From an uncultured Solirubrobacterales bacterium (GTDB lineage: Bacteria; Actinomycetota; Thermoleophilia; Solirubrobacterales; Solirubrobacteraceae): 64,000 nt of DNA. Where the stretch lies: assembly GCA_963744695.1 (NCBI GenBank), contig CAVUUT010000016.1:22238-86237 (forward strand), in the 5' to 3' direction. The first letter of the stretch is position 1, and each line of letters starts with the position of its first letter. Made by a program: the position numbers and the translations under genes. The notes under the pieces were generated by a model. That model did not search any database and was not told where the DNA came from. It saw only the letters and a program-made list of their open reading frames with translations. This document shows, one piece after another, positions 1 through 9,930 of the stretch.

Positions 1-1034
1 AGGGCTCCCCCGTTCGGCAGCGGCTGGATCTCCTGGAAGACGCCCTTGCCGTAGGTGTGCGTCCCGACCACCTTCGCCCGGCCTCGGTCCTGAAGCGCGC
101 CGGTGACGATCTCCGCCGCCGATGCCGTCCCGTGGTCCACGAGCACCACCATCGGGATCTTGGGAGCGATCGCATCGTTCTTGGCCAGGTAGACCTGGCG
201 CGGCTCAGCGCGGCCCTTGGTGGAGACGATCGTGCCGTCGGGGATGAAGACGCTCGCGACGTTGACCGCTTCCTCGAGCAGTCCGCCTCCGTTCTCGCGC
301 AGATCGAGGATCAGCGCCTGCGCGCCCTGGTGCAGGACCTTCTGGACCTGCTCGCGCACCTCGGCTCCGGAGCCTTCTGTGAAGCTCGTCAGCTGAACGT
401 AGCCGATCTTCCTGCCGTTGAAGTTGAGCATCTTGCTGCTTGTGACCGGCACAGTGACGTCGGCGCGGACGATCGTGACCACGCGCGTGTGCTTGCCGGA
501 CCGCACCGTCAGCGTGACCTTCGTGCCGGCGCGGCCCTTGATCAGCGCCGCCGAGAAGTCCGACGAGCGCCCGGCGAGCGATCTCGATCCGACGTGCGTG
601 ATCACGTCACCGGCGTTGAGCCCCGCGCTGGCGGCCGGAGAGCTGGGGAACACCTCGAGCACGCGCAGTCCCTGTGGCTCGGTCTTGACGTCGATTCCGA
701 TCCCGCTCAGGTGCGGGTTGGACTCGTTCTGAAAGGCGTGGTAGTCAGACGGGTCGAAGTAGTGCGAGTACGGGTCGTGCAGGCTCGCCACCGCCGCGGC
801 CAGCCCCTTGTTGACGAGCTCGTCGCGCGTGACCGGGCGGTAGTAGTCGCGCTGCAGGAGCCCGAGCACGTCATCGACGATCTTGTCCTGACCGTTTGCA
901 CTGACGAACGCGCTCCGCACCGGGCTTGGCAGCCAGCTCGGATGACCGCCGAACCACAGCCCGACGAGCAGCGCGATCACCGCGACTGCGATCAGTACTC
1001 CACGGCGCGGGCCGCGTGGTTTTGACGCGAACAT
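1..1034 (-). CDS. S41 family carboxyl-terminal processing protease (CtpA/Prc-like); runs off the left edge
   Basis: Not in the ORF track; translated by hand from ATG at 1034. N-terminal TM segment (MFASKPRGPRRGVLIAVAVIALLVGLWFGG), then S41 motifs DLRENGGG, TASAAEIVTGAL and GTHTYGKG. Confidence 0.9.
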   Translation of the reverse strand, partial: MFASKPRGPRRGVLIAVAVIALLVGLWFGGHPSWLPSPVRSAFVSANGQDKIVDDVLGLLQRDYYRPVTRDELVNKGLAAAVASLHDPYSHYFDPSDYHAFQNESNPHLSGIGIDVKTEPQGLRVLEVFPSSPAASAGLNAGDVITHVGSRSLAGRSSDFSAALIKGRAGTKVTLTVRSGKHTRVVTIVRADVTVPVTSSKMLNFNGRKIGYVQLTSFTEGSGAEVREQVQKVLHQGAQALILDLRENGGGLLEEAVNVASVFIPDGTIVSTKGRAEPRQVYLAKNDAIAPKIPMVVLVDHGTASAAEIVTGALQDRGRAKVVGTHTYGKGVFQEIQPLPNGGA

Positions 1035-1089
1035 CCTGCTCTGAGGGTAGCCGCCAGATCAGGCTGGCCACGCCACAGGCGCCCCCCGT

Positions 1090-1983
1090 CTAGACCTGCA
1101 GGAACCGCCGCAGGGAGATGCCCGAGCCGAGCGCCGAGACCAGCACGCCGGCGCCCATCAGGATCGCAAGCAGCGCGGTGAACGAGAGCGTCTTCGGAGC
1201 CGCGATCAGGGTCCAGTTGTCGGCCAGCGGGTCGAGCAACACCACCTTCGCGAGCGCCAGCACGCCGATCGCCAGCAGCGCTCCGAACGCGCCGACGACG
1301 ATGCCCTCGATCACGAACGGCCAGCGGATGAACCAGTCCGTGGCGCCGACCAGCTTCATCACCTCGACCTCGCGGCGGCGCGCATAGAGCGACAGCCGGA
1401 TCGTGTTTCCGATCAGCAGGATCGATGCGATCGTCAGCAGGACCGTCAGCGCGGCGGCGGTGATCGTGACGAGGTTGGTCACCTCGAGGATCTTCTTGGT
1501 GTCGTTCTTCTTGTTGGAGACGGTCTGGATCGACGGGTCGATCGTCCCCGGCTGTCCGTTCGGGCCAGGAGGCGTCAGCGCGTTGTGGACTGCCAGCACG
1601 TCGCCCGGCGTCTCGGGGATGACGTGGAACGTATCGGGCAGCGGGTTGCTGCCGAGCAGTTGGTAGGCGGCGGGATCGAGCTTGGCCTGCTGCGCGTACG
1701 CGGCCGCCTTGGGAACGAACTGAACCGTCTTCACGTGCGCGATCGCAAGCAGCTCCTTACGCACCCGGGCGTCCGCGGCAGCAGTCGCGTTGGTCTTCAT
1801 GTAGACATCGACCAGGACGCGGCTGCGGACGCTGTTGGCCGCGCCGTTGGTGGCCTGCACGATCGGGATGAAGACGCCCAGCACGAGCATCGTCACCAGC
1901 ACCGTGGCCAGCGCCGCGAACGTCGGCGCGGCGTTGCGCCGCATCGCGCGCAACGCCTCGCGCAGGAAGAAGCCGATCCGCAT
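1090..1983 (-). CDS. ftsX: Cell division permease FtsX
   Basis: NTIRLSLYARRREVEVMKLVGATDWFIRWPF..EG signature; four TM segments; follows ftsE. Confidence 0.95.
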   Translation of the reverse strand: MRIGFFLREALRAMRRNAAPTFAALATVLVTMLVLGVFIPIVQATNGAANSVRSRVLVDVYMKTNATAAADARVRKELLAIAHVKTVQFVPKAAAYAQQAKLDPAAYQLLGSNPLPDTFHVIPETPGDVLAVHNALTPPGPNGQPGTIDPSIQTVSNKKNDTKKILEVTNLVTITAAALTVLLTIASILLIGNTIRLSLYARRREVEVMKLVGATDWFIRWPFVIEGIVVGAFGALLAIGVLALAKVVLLDPLADNWTLIAAPKTLSFTALLAILMGAGVLVSALGSGISLRRFLQV

Positions 1984-1986
1984 CGC

Positions 1987-2832
1987 TTACAGACCCGGCG
2001 GGCGGGTCGACGGACCGCGCATCCGGTGCGCGAACTCGCGGGTGCTCTCATCCCGGGTGTAGAGGCCGGCCGCCTCGTCGCGGACGATCCGCCCGTGGTC
2101 GAGCTCGAGCACGCGGCGGCGCATCTTGTCGACCATCGCCTGGTCGTGGGTCGCCACGAGCACGGTCGTGCCGGTCTGGTTGATCCGGTACAGCAGTCGC
2201 ATGATGTCGATGCTGGTCTCGGGATCGAGGTTGCCCGTCGGCTCGTCGGCCAGCAGCAGCGGCGGATGGTTCACGAACGCCCGCGCGATCGAGACCCGCT
2301 GCTGCTCGCCGCCCGAGAGCTGATCGGGGAAGTTGTGCAGCTTGGTCGAGAGCCCGGTCAGGCGCAGGATGTCGGGGACCTTGGCGCGGATCTCCTTGCG
2401 CGAGCCGCCGGTGACCTGGAGCGCGTAGGCGACGTTCGCGTACACGGTGCGGTTCGCCAGCAGCTTGAAGTCCTGGAACACGACCCCGACGTTCCGGCGG
2501 TAGAACGGGACCCGCTTGTGGGTGATCTCGCTCAGATCGTGGCCCGCGACGCGGATCCTGCCGCCGGTCGGTTCGAGCTCCTTGATCAGCAGCCGCATCA
2601 GCGTGGACTTGCCCGATCCGGTCGATCCGACGAGGAACACGAACTCGCCTCGGTCGGCGGTGAAGCTCGCGTTGTCGAGTCCGACGTCGCCCGCGTAGAG
2701 CTTGGAGACATCGCGGAATTCGATCACGCGGCGGCGAGTGACGCGCGGGGGCGATGACTCGCGCGGCGGCGCGATTGGTGCTTCGGCGCCGCGGCGCCGC
2801 TTGCCAGGGAGAATTTTTGAGGAGGTAGCCAT
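1987..2832 (-). CDS. ftsE: Cell division ATP-binding protein FtsE
   Basis: Walker A GSTGSGKST, VVFQDFKLL, LSGGEQQRV, ADEPTGNLD. Start chosen at ATG 2832 (MATSSK), downstream of a TACGCT -10. Confidence 0.93.
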   Translation of the reverse strand: MATSSKILPGKRRRGAEAPIAPPRESSPPRVTRRRVIEFRDVSKLYAGDVGLDNASFTADRGEFVFLVGSTGSGKSTLMRLLIKELEPTGGRIRVAGHDLSEITHKRVPFYRRNVGVVFQDFKLLANRTVYANVAYALQVTGGSRKEIRAKVPDILRLTGLSTKLHNFPDQLSGGEQQRVSIARAFVNHPPLLLADEPTGNLDPETSIDIMRLLYRINQTGTTVLVATHDQAMVDKMRRRVLELDHGRIVRDEAAGLYTRDESTREFAHRMRGPSTRPPGL

Positions 2833-2981
2833 TTGCGCGGGCCAGCGTAGCGAGAGGTTGGTGCAGAGTGGGGCTCTGAGAGGCCCTTGCAACGGGATTT
2901 GCAGGAATTCACGGCCCGACGTCGTGTGCCGAGCACCAGCGACACCCGCGTCTTGACTGCCCGCTACCGTTGTCAGCACCG

Positions 2982-4241
2982 ATGACGTCGATCGCGATCT
3001 CAAACCTCCCCAATGGCCTGCCGCTGTACCGGATCGCGGTCGAGGGCACCCGTGCGCTGACGCTGCTGGTCGCGTTCGACGCGGGCGCCCGTACCGAGCG
3101 CGCCGAGGAGAACGGGATGGCGCATTTCCTCGAACACCTGGTCTTCAAGGGCGGCGAGAAGTACCCGACGTATCGGGACGTCAACGAGGCCGCCGAGGGG
3201 ATCGGCGCTGTCCTCAACGCCTACACGAGCCACGATCTGGTCGCGTTTCACATCACCGCACGGGCACAGCGAGGGCTCGAGGCCGCCGATCTTCTGACCG
3301 ACTTCGTGGCGCGGCCGCGGATCGATGCCGAAGAGATGGATCGGGAGCGCGGCGTCGTCGTGCAGGAGATCGCGCGTTCGGACGATCAGCCATCGGTGAT
3401 GGCCGAGCACCTGATCGACGAGGCCGTGTTCGGCAATCACCCGCTCGGGCGCCCGGTTCTCGGCCCAGCCGAGCACATCCGCCAGACGTTCACCCGCGAC
3501 GGGATCGTCGCCTTCCGCTCGCGACGATGGTCGCCGGCCTGCGGCGCTGCGTTCGCGGTCGGGAACCTCGAGTCTGTCAGCGCGGACGGCGAGCTCGAGG
3601 AGCTGTTCGCGCGCTTCGAGTCGCGACCGGAGCCCGAGTCCTATGACCGCGCCCCAGGGCTCGTGCCGAAGGTGCTGGTCCGCGAGCGTGACTCAAACCA
3701 ATCCCATCTCCGGCTCTCATACCGCCCGACGGTCGACGTCAGCGATCCGCGCCAGCGCGCCGCGCTCGCGATCTATTCGACGCTGCTCGGCGGCTCGATG
3801 GGATCGCGCCTGTTCGACGAGATCCGCGAGCAGCGGGGCCTCGCCTATTCCGTCAGCGCCTTCCCCCATGCCTACGCCGATGTCGGCGTGCTGCAGCTGT
3901 CGGCGGGGCTTGAATCGGCGAAGTGCATCGAGGCCTACCGGCGGATGCGCGACATCGTGACCGAGCTGCGCGAAGACGGTCCGAACGAGGGCGAGGTCGA
4001 GCGATCCCGCGCGTATGCCGCCGGCGCGCGCGCGATCGCGTTCGAGAACAGCGGCGCGGTCGCTCGCTACGCGGCACAGCAGACGATCGTCTACGGCGAG
4101 GACGTTGACCCGGACCGGACGATCGACCTGCTCGACCGAGTGACCTTCGACGAGGTCAAGGAGATCGCCGCCGGCGTCCCCGACGAACTCTCGGTCGCGT
4201 GCGTGGGGCCGCACACAGTCGAGGAGTTGGAGAGCGCCTGA
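2982..4241 (+). CDS. M16 (pitrilysin/insulinase) family zinc peptidase
   Basis: Inverted zinc motif HFLEH, LNAYTS, LGGSMGSRLFDEIREQRGLAYSV. Confidence 0.93.
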   Translation: MTSIAISNLPNGLPLYRIAVEGTRALTLLVAFDAGARTERAEENGMAHFLEHLVFKGGEKYPTYRDVNEAAEGIGAVLNAYTSHDLVAFHITARAQRGLEAADLLTDFVARPRIDAEEMDRERGVVVQEIARSDDQPSVMAEHLIDEAVFGNHPLGRPVLGPAEHIRQTFTRDGIVAFRSRRWSPACGAAFAVGNLESVSADGELEELFARFESRPEPESYDRAPGLVPKVLVRERDSNQSHLRLSYRPTVDVSDPRQRAALAIYSTLLGGSMGSRLFDEIREQRGLAYSVSAFPHAYADVGVLQLSAGLESAKCIEAYRRMRDIVTELREDGPNEGEVERSRAYAAGARAIAFENSGAVARYAAQQTIVYGEDVDPDRTIDLLDRVTFDEVKEIAAGVPDELSVACVGPHTVEELESA

Positions 4242-5614
4242 GACATTGGCTCGTGGTCGGCCTCGGGTGCGTAATCGCGGTGGCGGCGATCACGCTGGCG
4301 GGGTTCGGCTCGTTCAGCGAGACCAGCGACCACGACGCCCGGCTCGACGTTGGGCTGCCGCTCTCGACGCACGCACACGCGCCGCCGTCGCACAGGCATA
4401 GCGGTCCGTCCGCCGAGCAGGAGGCGCTGACCCGTACGCCGGCGAACGGGACGCCGGCCGAGCGGCAGCTCGACGCGGCGCTCGACGGCTCGATGAAGGC
4501 TGCCGGGCCGCAGAGCGGCGCGCTGGTCTACGACCTGAACTCCCACACGCCGCTGTACGCGGTGCGTCCGGACATCGGGCGCCCGCCGGCATCGGTGGAG
4601 AAGATCTACACGACGGTCGCGCTGATGCGGATCCTCGGCCCCAGCGCACGGCTGCACACGGCCGTGCTCGGGACGGGCCAGCTCCGCCACGGCGTCTGGC
4701 ACGGCAACCTCTACCTGCGCGGAGGCGGCGACCCGACGTTTGGCGACGCCGGTTTCAACCGCGTTTGGTTTCACGGATATGGGTCGAACGCGGGCCAGCT
4801 CGTCGCCCAGCTCAGGCGGATGAGGATCAAGCGCGTCACCGGCTGGGTGTACGGCGACGAGTCGCTGTTCGATCGCCGGCGGGGCGGGTTGATCACCAAC
4901 TACGCGCCCGATACACCGGACTTCGGCGGCTGGCTGAGCGCGCTCACCTACGATCATGGCTCGGCGCTGCGCCACCTCGGGCCGGCCCCGTTCGCGACCC
5001 GCGAGTTCGTGCTCACGATGCGCGGCTCGGGCATCACCGCCCGCGCGTCGAAGCACACCGCCACCACCCCGCAGGACGCGAAGCTGCTGGCGGAGGTCAA
5101 TTCGCCGCCGATCTCGGTCATGACGCGGTTGATGGACGTGCCTTCCGACGATCTGTTCGCCGAGATGTTCGCGAAACAGCTCGGGGTCCTGTTCGGCACC
5201 GGGGGCACGATCTCGTCCGGCGCACGGGTGATCCGGGGGACGATCGCGGCGTCCTACGGCGTGCACCCGACGATCCTCGACGGCTCGGGCCTGTCGCGCA
5301 ACGACCGGACCTCACCGGTCGAGATCGTCGACCTGCTGCGCGAGCTCTGGCACACGCCGGTCGGCAACGAGCTGTCCGCGTCGTTGCCGATCGTCGGCGA
5401 GCAGGGAACCGTCCAGACGGTCGGGCTCAAGACGGCCGCGGTCGGGAGGTGCATCGCCAAGACCGGCACGCTCGATGACGTCACGAACCTGGCCGGATAC
5501 TGCCGCGCCAAGGGCGGCAACACGCTCGCGTTCGGGCTGTTCATCGACGGCCCGCCGAACTGGACCGCGATCGCGCTCGAGAGCAAGATGGTCGGCGCGA
5601 TCGCGCGTTATTGA
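4238..5614 (+). CDS. dacB: D-alanyl-D-alanine carboxypeptidase/endopeptidase (PBP4, S13 family)
   Basis: PASVEK (SxxK), GGGDPT, DGSGLSR, AKTGTL, N-terminal signal/TM. The SxN motif reads SDD. Start uncertain (CTG 4238 overlapping the upstream stop, or a nearby GTG). Confidence 0.85.
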   Translation: MRHWLVVGLGCVIAVAAITLAGFGSFSETSDHDARLDVGLPLSTHAHAPPSHRHSGPSAEQEALTRTPANGTPAERQLDAALDGSMKAAGPQSGALVYDLNSHTPLYAVRPDIGRPPASVEKIYTTVALMRILGPSARLHTAVLGTGQLRHGVWHGNLYLRGGGDPTFGDAGFNRVWFHGYGSNAGQLVAQLRRMRIKRVTGWVYGDESLFDRRRGGLITNYAPDTPDFGGWLSALTYDHGSALRHLGPAPFATREFVLTMRGSGITARASKHTATTPQDAKLLAEVNSPPISVMTRLMDVPSDDLFAEMFAKQLGVLFGTGGTISSGARVIRGTIAASYGVHPTILDGSGLSRNDRTSPVEIVDLLRELWHTPVGNELSASLPIVGEQGTVQTVGLKTAAVGRCIAKTGTLDDVTNLAGYCRAKGGNTLAFGLFIDGPPNWTAIALESKMVGAIARY

Positions 5615-5698
5615 GCGCGGCTGGGTTGGCGCAATCGGTCACGATTAACACAGCAGCGATTGACGCGAGTCACCCCGAGCGGACACAATCGGTGGCCG

Positions 5699-6067
5699 GT
5701 GCAGGCGACCGCCGAACTCAACCTGCGCGAGCTGCAGCGCTACCTGAGCCGGACCAGCGACCGTTGGCCGCTCGAGGCGGCGATGCTTGGCGGCGCGCGC
5801 GTCGATGACGCGCGCGGGGCGCTGCCCCAGCGCGAGCGGGGGCCCGAGTACGTGCTCGTCCTCGTGTCGCAGGCGTTTGACGGGATGCCATGGCTCGAGC
5901 GCGTCTATCAGGCGACCGCGCTCTGGGATGCGCTCGAGATGGGAGCGGCCGCCAACGTCCACTGCTACACGCCCGACGAGTTCGCTCGCAAGCGCGCCAC
6001 GATGCCCGTCGTGCGTGATGTCGCCGAGCGCGGCATGCTGCTCTACGAGGACCAGGTCCTCAGCTGA
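5699..6067 (+). CDS. Minimal nucleotidyltransferase (MNT)-like protein with degenerate catalytic motifs
   Basis: LVLVSQAFDGMPWLERV and VHCYTPDEFARKR..VVRDVAERGMLL recall small MNT proteins, but GS and DxD are replaced. Confidence 0.55.
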   Translation: MQATAELNLRELQRYLSRTSDRWPLEAAMLGGARVDDARGALPQRERGPEYVLVLVSQAFDGMPWLERVYQATALWDALEMGAAANVHCYTPDEFARKRATMPVVRDVAERGMLLYEDQVLS

Positions 6068-6104
6068 CCGCGGTCACGCAAGCACGCGGCTCGCGCGACC
6101 GCTG

Positions 6105-7118
6105 TCAGGTGATCGAGACCATCCGCTCGATCGGCACACGCGCTCGATCGGCGATCTCCGCGGCGACCTTGACCTCGTGCACGTCGTCGGCAAGCGAGTC
6201 GCGGAGCTTGGGCAGCGTGATCATCTTCATGTAGCGGCAGTGGGCTGCCTCGTTGGCCGCAACGAACTCGACCCCCGGCGCCGCCTGGCGCAGCCCATGC
6301 AGCATGCCCGTCTCGGTCGCGACGATCGCGGTTCCGTGGCTATCGGCCAACGCCCGCTCGTGCGCATAGGCGACCATCCCGCTGGTCGAAAGCATCTTTA
6401 CGCCGTCGGCTCCGACGTCTCCGGATGCGACGTACTCCATCACGCTGGTCGAGCAGCCACACTCCGGGTGGATAAGAAAATCCGCCCCGGGATGCGCGGC
6501 GCGCACGGCGGTGATGTCATCGGGCTTGATGCCCGCGTGGACGTGGCATTCGCCGTCCCAGACGTGCATCGAGCGCCCGAGCGTCTTGCAGACGTACGCC
6601 CCGAGGAACATGTCTGGGCCGAACAGGATCTCGACGCCCTCGCCGTGCTCGCGGAAGATGTGGTCGACGACCGCGACAGCGTTCGCCGACGTGCAGCAGT
6701 AATCGGTTTCCGCCTTGACCTCAGCCGTCGTGTTGACGTACATCACGACGATCGCCCCAGGATGGGCCGCCTTCCACTCGCGCAACTGTGCGGCGGTGAT
6801 CGAGTCAGCAAGCGAACAGCCGGCGTCGAGATCGGGGATCAGCACGCGCTTGTCCGGACACAGGACCGAAGCGGTCTCGGCCATGAAGTGCACGCCGCAG
6901 AAGACGATCGTGTCGGCATCGGCGGCGGCGGCCCGCTGCGACAGCCCCAGCGAATCGCCGACGTAGTCGGCGACGTCCTGGATCTCGGGCAGCTGGTAGT
7001 TGTGCGCGAGGATCACAGCGCCCCGTTCCGCCGCGAGCTCGCGCACCTGCGCTTGGAGCGCGGGGATGTTCTCGAGCATCAGCGGCGCGCCTGTCGCGCC
7101 CAGCATCGGAAGGTTCAT
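6105..7118 (-). CDS. nadA: Quinolinate synthase A
   Basis: ILAHNYQ, FCGVHFMAETA, AGCSLA, YVNT, CHVH, HPEC and the third Cys in CRYMK. Confidence 0.97.
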   Translation of the reverse strand: MNLPMLGATGAPLMLENIPALQAQVRELAAERGAVILAHNYQLPEIQDVADYVGDSLGLSQRAAAADADTIVFCGVHFMAETASVLCPDKRVLIPDLDAGCSLADSITAAQLREWKAAHPGAIVVMYVNTTAEVKAETDYCCTSANAVAVVDHIFREHGEGVEILFGPDMFLGAYVCKTLGRSMHVWDGECHVHAGIKPDDITAVRAAHPGADFLIHPECGCSTSVMEYVASGDVGADGVKMLSTSGMVAYAHERALADSHGTAIVATETGMLHGLRQAAPGVEFVAANEAAHCRYMKMITLPKLRDSLADDVHEVKVAAEIADRARVPIERMVSIT

Positions 7119-7954
7119 ATCAGCGGCGTGAGGATGAGAGACAAGTCGAGCGCTGGAGCGCTGTGGGTGATCGCACCGATCGACACGAAGTCTACGCCGG
7201 TCGATGCGACTGCCCTGAGCGTCCCGAGCGAGACTCCTCCGCTGGCCTCGAGCTTCGCGCGCCCGCCGACGTGCAGGACCGCCTCGCGCAGCTGATCGAC
7301 GTCCATGTTGTCGAGCAGGATCATCGGCGCACCCGCGGCGAGCGCCTCATCGACCTCGTCCAGCGAGCGGCATTCGGCCTCGAGCGGCACCGCGGGCGCC
7401 CGCTCGCGGGCGAGCCTGATGGCCTTCCCGACGCCGCCGGCGATCGTCGCATGGTTCTCCTTGATCAGGATCGCGTCGTAGAGCCCGGCGCGGTGGTTGG
7501 TCGCGCCGCCGGCGGCGACCGCCTGCTTCTCCAGCGCGCGCAGGCCGGGGGTCGTCTTGCGGGTGTCGAGAATCTGCGCTCCGGTCCCGTCGATCTCGGC
7601 CACGTAGCGCGCGGCCATCGTCGCGACGCCCGACAGCCGCTGGAGGAAGTTGAGCGCCGTTCGCTCGGCGCTCAACAGCGCTCGCGCGTGCCCGTCGAGC
7701 TCGAGCACGGGACCGTTCTCGCGCCACTGGCCCTCGTCAACGAGGCGCTTGGAGGAGATCGAGGGATCGAGCATCCTGAAGGTCTGCTCGGCCGCATCGA
7801 GCCCGAACACGACGCCCGGGGCCTTCTGCGTGATCAGCGCACGCGCGCGGGCCTGCTCGGGCACTGTGGTGGCCGTCGTCACGTCACCGTCGCCGAGATC
7901 CTCGGCGAGTGCAGTCGCGATGGTGTCAGCAAGCGTGGGCGTGGATTCGGGCAC
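7115..7954 (-). CDS. nadC: Nicotinate-nucleotide diphosphorylase (carboxylating)
   Basis: EDLGDGDVTT, ERTALNFLQRLSG, DTRKTTPGLR, HRAGLYD, LLDNM, EASGG. Confidence 0.97.
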   Translation of the reverse strand: MPESTPTLADTIATALAEDLGDGDVTTATTVPEQARARALITQKAPGVVFGLDAAEQTFRMLDPSISSKRLVDEGQWRENGPVLELDGHARALLSAERTALNFLQRLSGVATMAARYVAEIDGTGAQILDTRKTTPGLRALEKQAVAAGGATNHRAGLYDAILIKENHATIAGGVGKAIRLARERAPAVPLEAECRSLDEVDEALAAGAPMILLDNMDVDQLREAVLHVGGRAKLEASGGVSLGTLRAVASTGVDFVSIGAITHSAPALDLSLILTPLI

Positions 7955-7962
7955 TAACCGAG

Positions 7963-8014
7963 AGCATAGGAATTAGAAACTTCTCCTTTACATATCGGCG
8001 CCGGACGGTATGCT
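7963..8014. promoter_or_regulatory. Divergent sigma-A-type promoters for nadC (-) and the cupredoxin gene (+)
   Basis: Minus strand: TATGCT (7968-7963), 8 nt before the nadC GTG. Plus strand: TTTACA (7987-7992)-16 nt-TATGCT (8009-8014). The spacer is AT-rich. Confidence 0.55.
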
Positions 8015-8047
8015 CCGGCGACCTTCTAAAGGGGCAAAGGAGCAAGG

Positions 8048-9142
8048 ATGAAACGGACCGGGGTGTGGGTTGCTGGGGCCACGTGTGCATCGGCACTAGC
8101 GTTTTCGGCTACCGCTACGGCAGCCACGAGGGTTGTATTCGCCGGTACGCCGCCTCAGACCAAGGCGCTCGCCGGAAAACTGCTCGGCAAGCGCGTGAAG
8201 GCGCTCGGCAAGGTCAATCCGGAGATCAACGCCTTCTCCAATAAGCGAGTGACGATCCACCAGGGCGACTCGGTCAAGTGGGTCGGGCTCGCAAACAATT
8301 TTCACACGGTTGACCTGCCGCCCAAGGGCGGCGAGGATCTGCCGTTGATCGTCGGGGGCGCTACCGCGACAGGCGTCAATGATGCGGCCGGAAGCCCGTT
8401 CTGGTTCAACGGTCTCGTCAAGAGCCTCAGCTTCAACCCACAGCTCTTCGCGCCGAGCGGCGGCGCTACCTACAACGGAACGAGCCGGATCGAGTCGGGC
8501 CTACCGATCTCGGCTCACCCTCCAAACACGTTCAAGGTCACGTTCACCAAGCCGGGCGTATACCGGTATTTCTGCGACATCCATGTGGGCATGATCGGCT
8601 ACGTGGTCGTGAAGCCGAAGAGCAAGCGGATCCCGACCGCCAGGCAGGACGCGGCGGCGCTGACCAAGCATCTGACTAAGGACATCCGCGGGGCTGCCAA
8701 GCTGCTCAAAATCAAGCAGCCCAAGAACCACGTGAGCCTCGGCGTGTCGAACTCGCAGGGCGTCGAGCTCCTGTCGATGTTCCCGGCGCAGCTCAGCGTG
8801 AAAGCGGGAACCGTGGTGTCGTTCTCGATGTCCGCCGATTCACGCGAGGTGCACACCGCAACCTTCGGTCCAGGCAGCTATCTAAAGGTGCTGTCCAACG
8901 CTGTTGGCCTCCCTACAGCCGACGCACAGGCGGCGCTGTATCCGAGCAGCAATCCGGCCGCCGGACCGATCCAGCTCGATTCGACGTCACATGGCAACGG
9001 ATTCGCCAACACGGGCGCATTGGATCGCGACGCGACGACGCCGTTGCCGCCCAGCGGGCGGATCGACTTCACCAAGCCGGGCGTGTACCACTTCCAGTGC
9101 CTGATCCACCCGTTCATGCACGGGACGATCGTCGTCAAGTAG
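8048..9142 (+). CDS. Secreted tandem two-domain cupredoxin (blue copper) protein
   Basis: Signal peptide and two type-1 Cu ligand sets: FHTV...YFCDIHVGM and VHTA...FQCLIHPFM. Confidence 0.85.
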   Translation: MKRTGVWVAGATCASALAFSATATAATRVVFAGTPPQTKALAGKLLGKRVKALGKVNPEINAFSNKRVTIHQGDSVKWVGLANNFHTVDLPPKGGEDLPLIVGGATATGVNDAAGSPFWFNGLVKSLSFNPQLFAPSGGATYNGTSRIESGLPISAHPPNTFKVTFTKPGVYRYFCDIHVGMIGYVVVKPKSKRIPTARQDAAALTKHLTKDIRGAAKLLKIKQPKNHVSLGVSNSQGVELLSMFPAQLSVKAGTVVSFSMSADSREVHTATFGPGSYLKVLSNAVGLPTADAQAALYPSSNPAAGPIQLDSTSHGNGFANTGALDRDATTPLPPSGRIDFTKPGVYHFQCLIHPFMHGTIVVK

Positions 9143-9171
9143 GGCGGGCGCCAAGCCTTTAGCACCGACCC

Positions 9172-9199
9172 GCGACGCCCGCCTCCAAGCGGGCGTCGC
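9172..9199. terminator. GC-rich hairpin after cupredoxin 1
   Basis: GCGACGCCCGC-CTCCAA-GCGGGCGTCGC, a perfect 11-bp stem. Confidence 0.6.
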
Positions 9200-9361
9200 C
9201 GTCGTGCCTGATGCTTCGGTTCTCGGTCGCGCCGCACCGTGCGACCGCCATCGCCCCGTACTTGCATTTCGACTGATCCGCGGGTTAGGCTGCGGCAGAG
9301 CAGCCCTCGCGCGCACACGGGGATGAGGGCTGGGGAACGCTGAACACCCAAAGGGGGTCGT

Positions 9362-9916
9362 ATGAGACGTGTATTTGTCGTACTCGCCTTGGCCTGCACG
9401 CTGGTCGGCGCGACCGCCGTCGCCGGCGCGGGCGCGGCGGGTCAGAGCGTGGTGGTCAAGACCAAAGGGGGCGACAGGTTCGCTCCCAACCGTAAGGATC
9501 CGCCCAGCAAGCTTGACCTCAACAACCTGCACTGGGCGCCGTCGGTCATCACGGTCCATTCGGGTCAGAAGCTGACGATCGAGGACACCGACCACGAGGG
9601 CGATCCGCACGTGCTCGCGATCTCGAAAGTGAAGGATCTCCCCAAGAGTCCGAACATCGGCCCGAGCAACCCGGTGCTCCGCTTGATCGCGCCGAAACTG
9701 CTCAACAATCCGCAGAATCCAGACGCGGGGTTCAAGGCCTACGAGTCCAACGCCGGGCCAAACGGCCTCAATCAGGAGGGCGACTCGCTCGTGATCGTGC
9801 CCCGAGGCCCGCACAAGACCGCGACCTGGTTCGTGTCCGCCAAGCCGGGGACTGTGCTGCACTTCTTCTGCGCCGTGCATCCCTGGATGCAGGGCGAGAT
9901 CAAGGTCGTCAAGTAG
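9362..9916 (+). CDS. Secreted single-domain cupredoxin
   Basis: Signal peptide, DPHVL and FFCAVHPWMQGEIKVVK. Upstream TTGCAT-18-TAGGCT promoter-like element (9262-9291). Confidence 0.85.
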   Translation: MRRVFVVLALACTLVGATAVAGAGAAGQSVVVKTKGGDRFAPNRKDPPSKLDLNNLHWAPSVITVHSGQKLTIEDTDHEGDPHVLAISKVKDLPKSPNIGPSNPVLRLIAPKLLNNPQNPDAGFKAYESNAGPNGLNQEGDSLVIVPRGPHKTATWFVSAKPGTVLHFFCAVHPWMQGEIKVVK

Positions 9917-9930
9917 CGATCCGACTCGCT

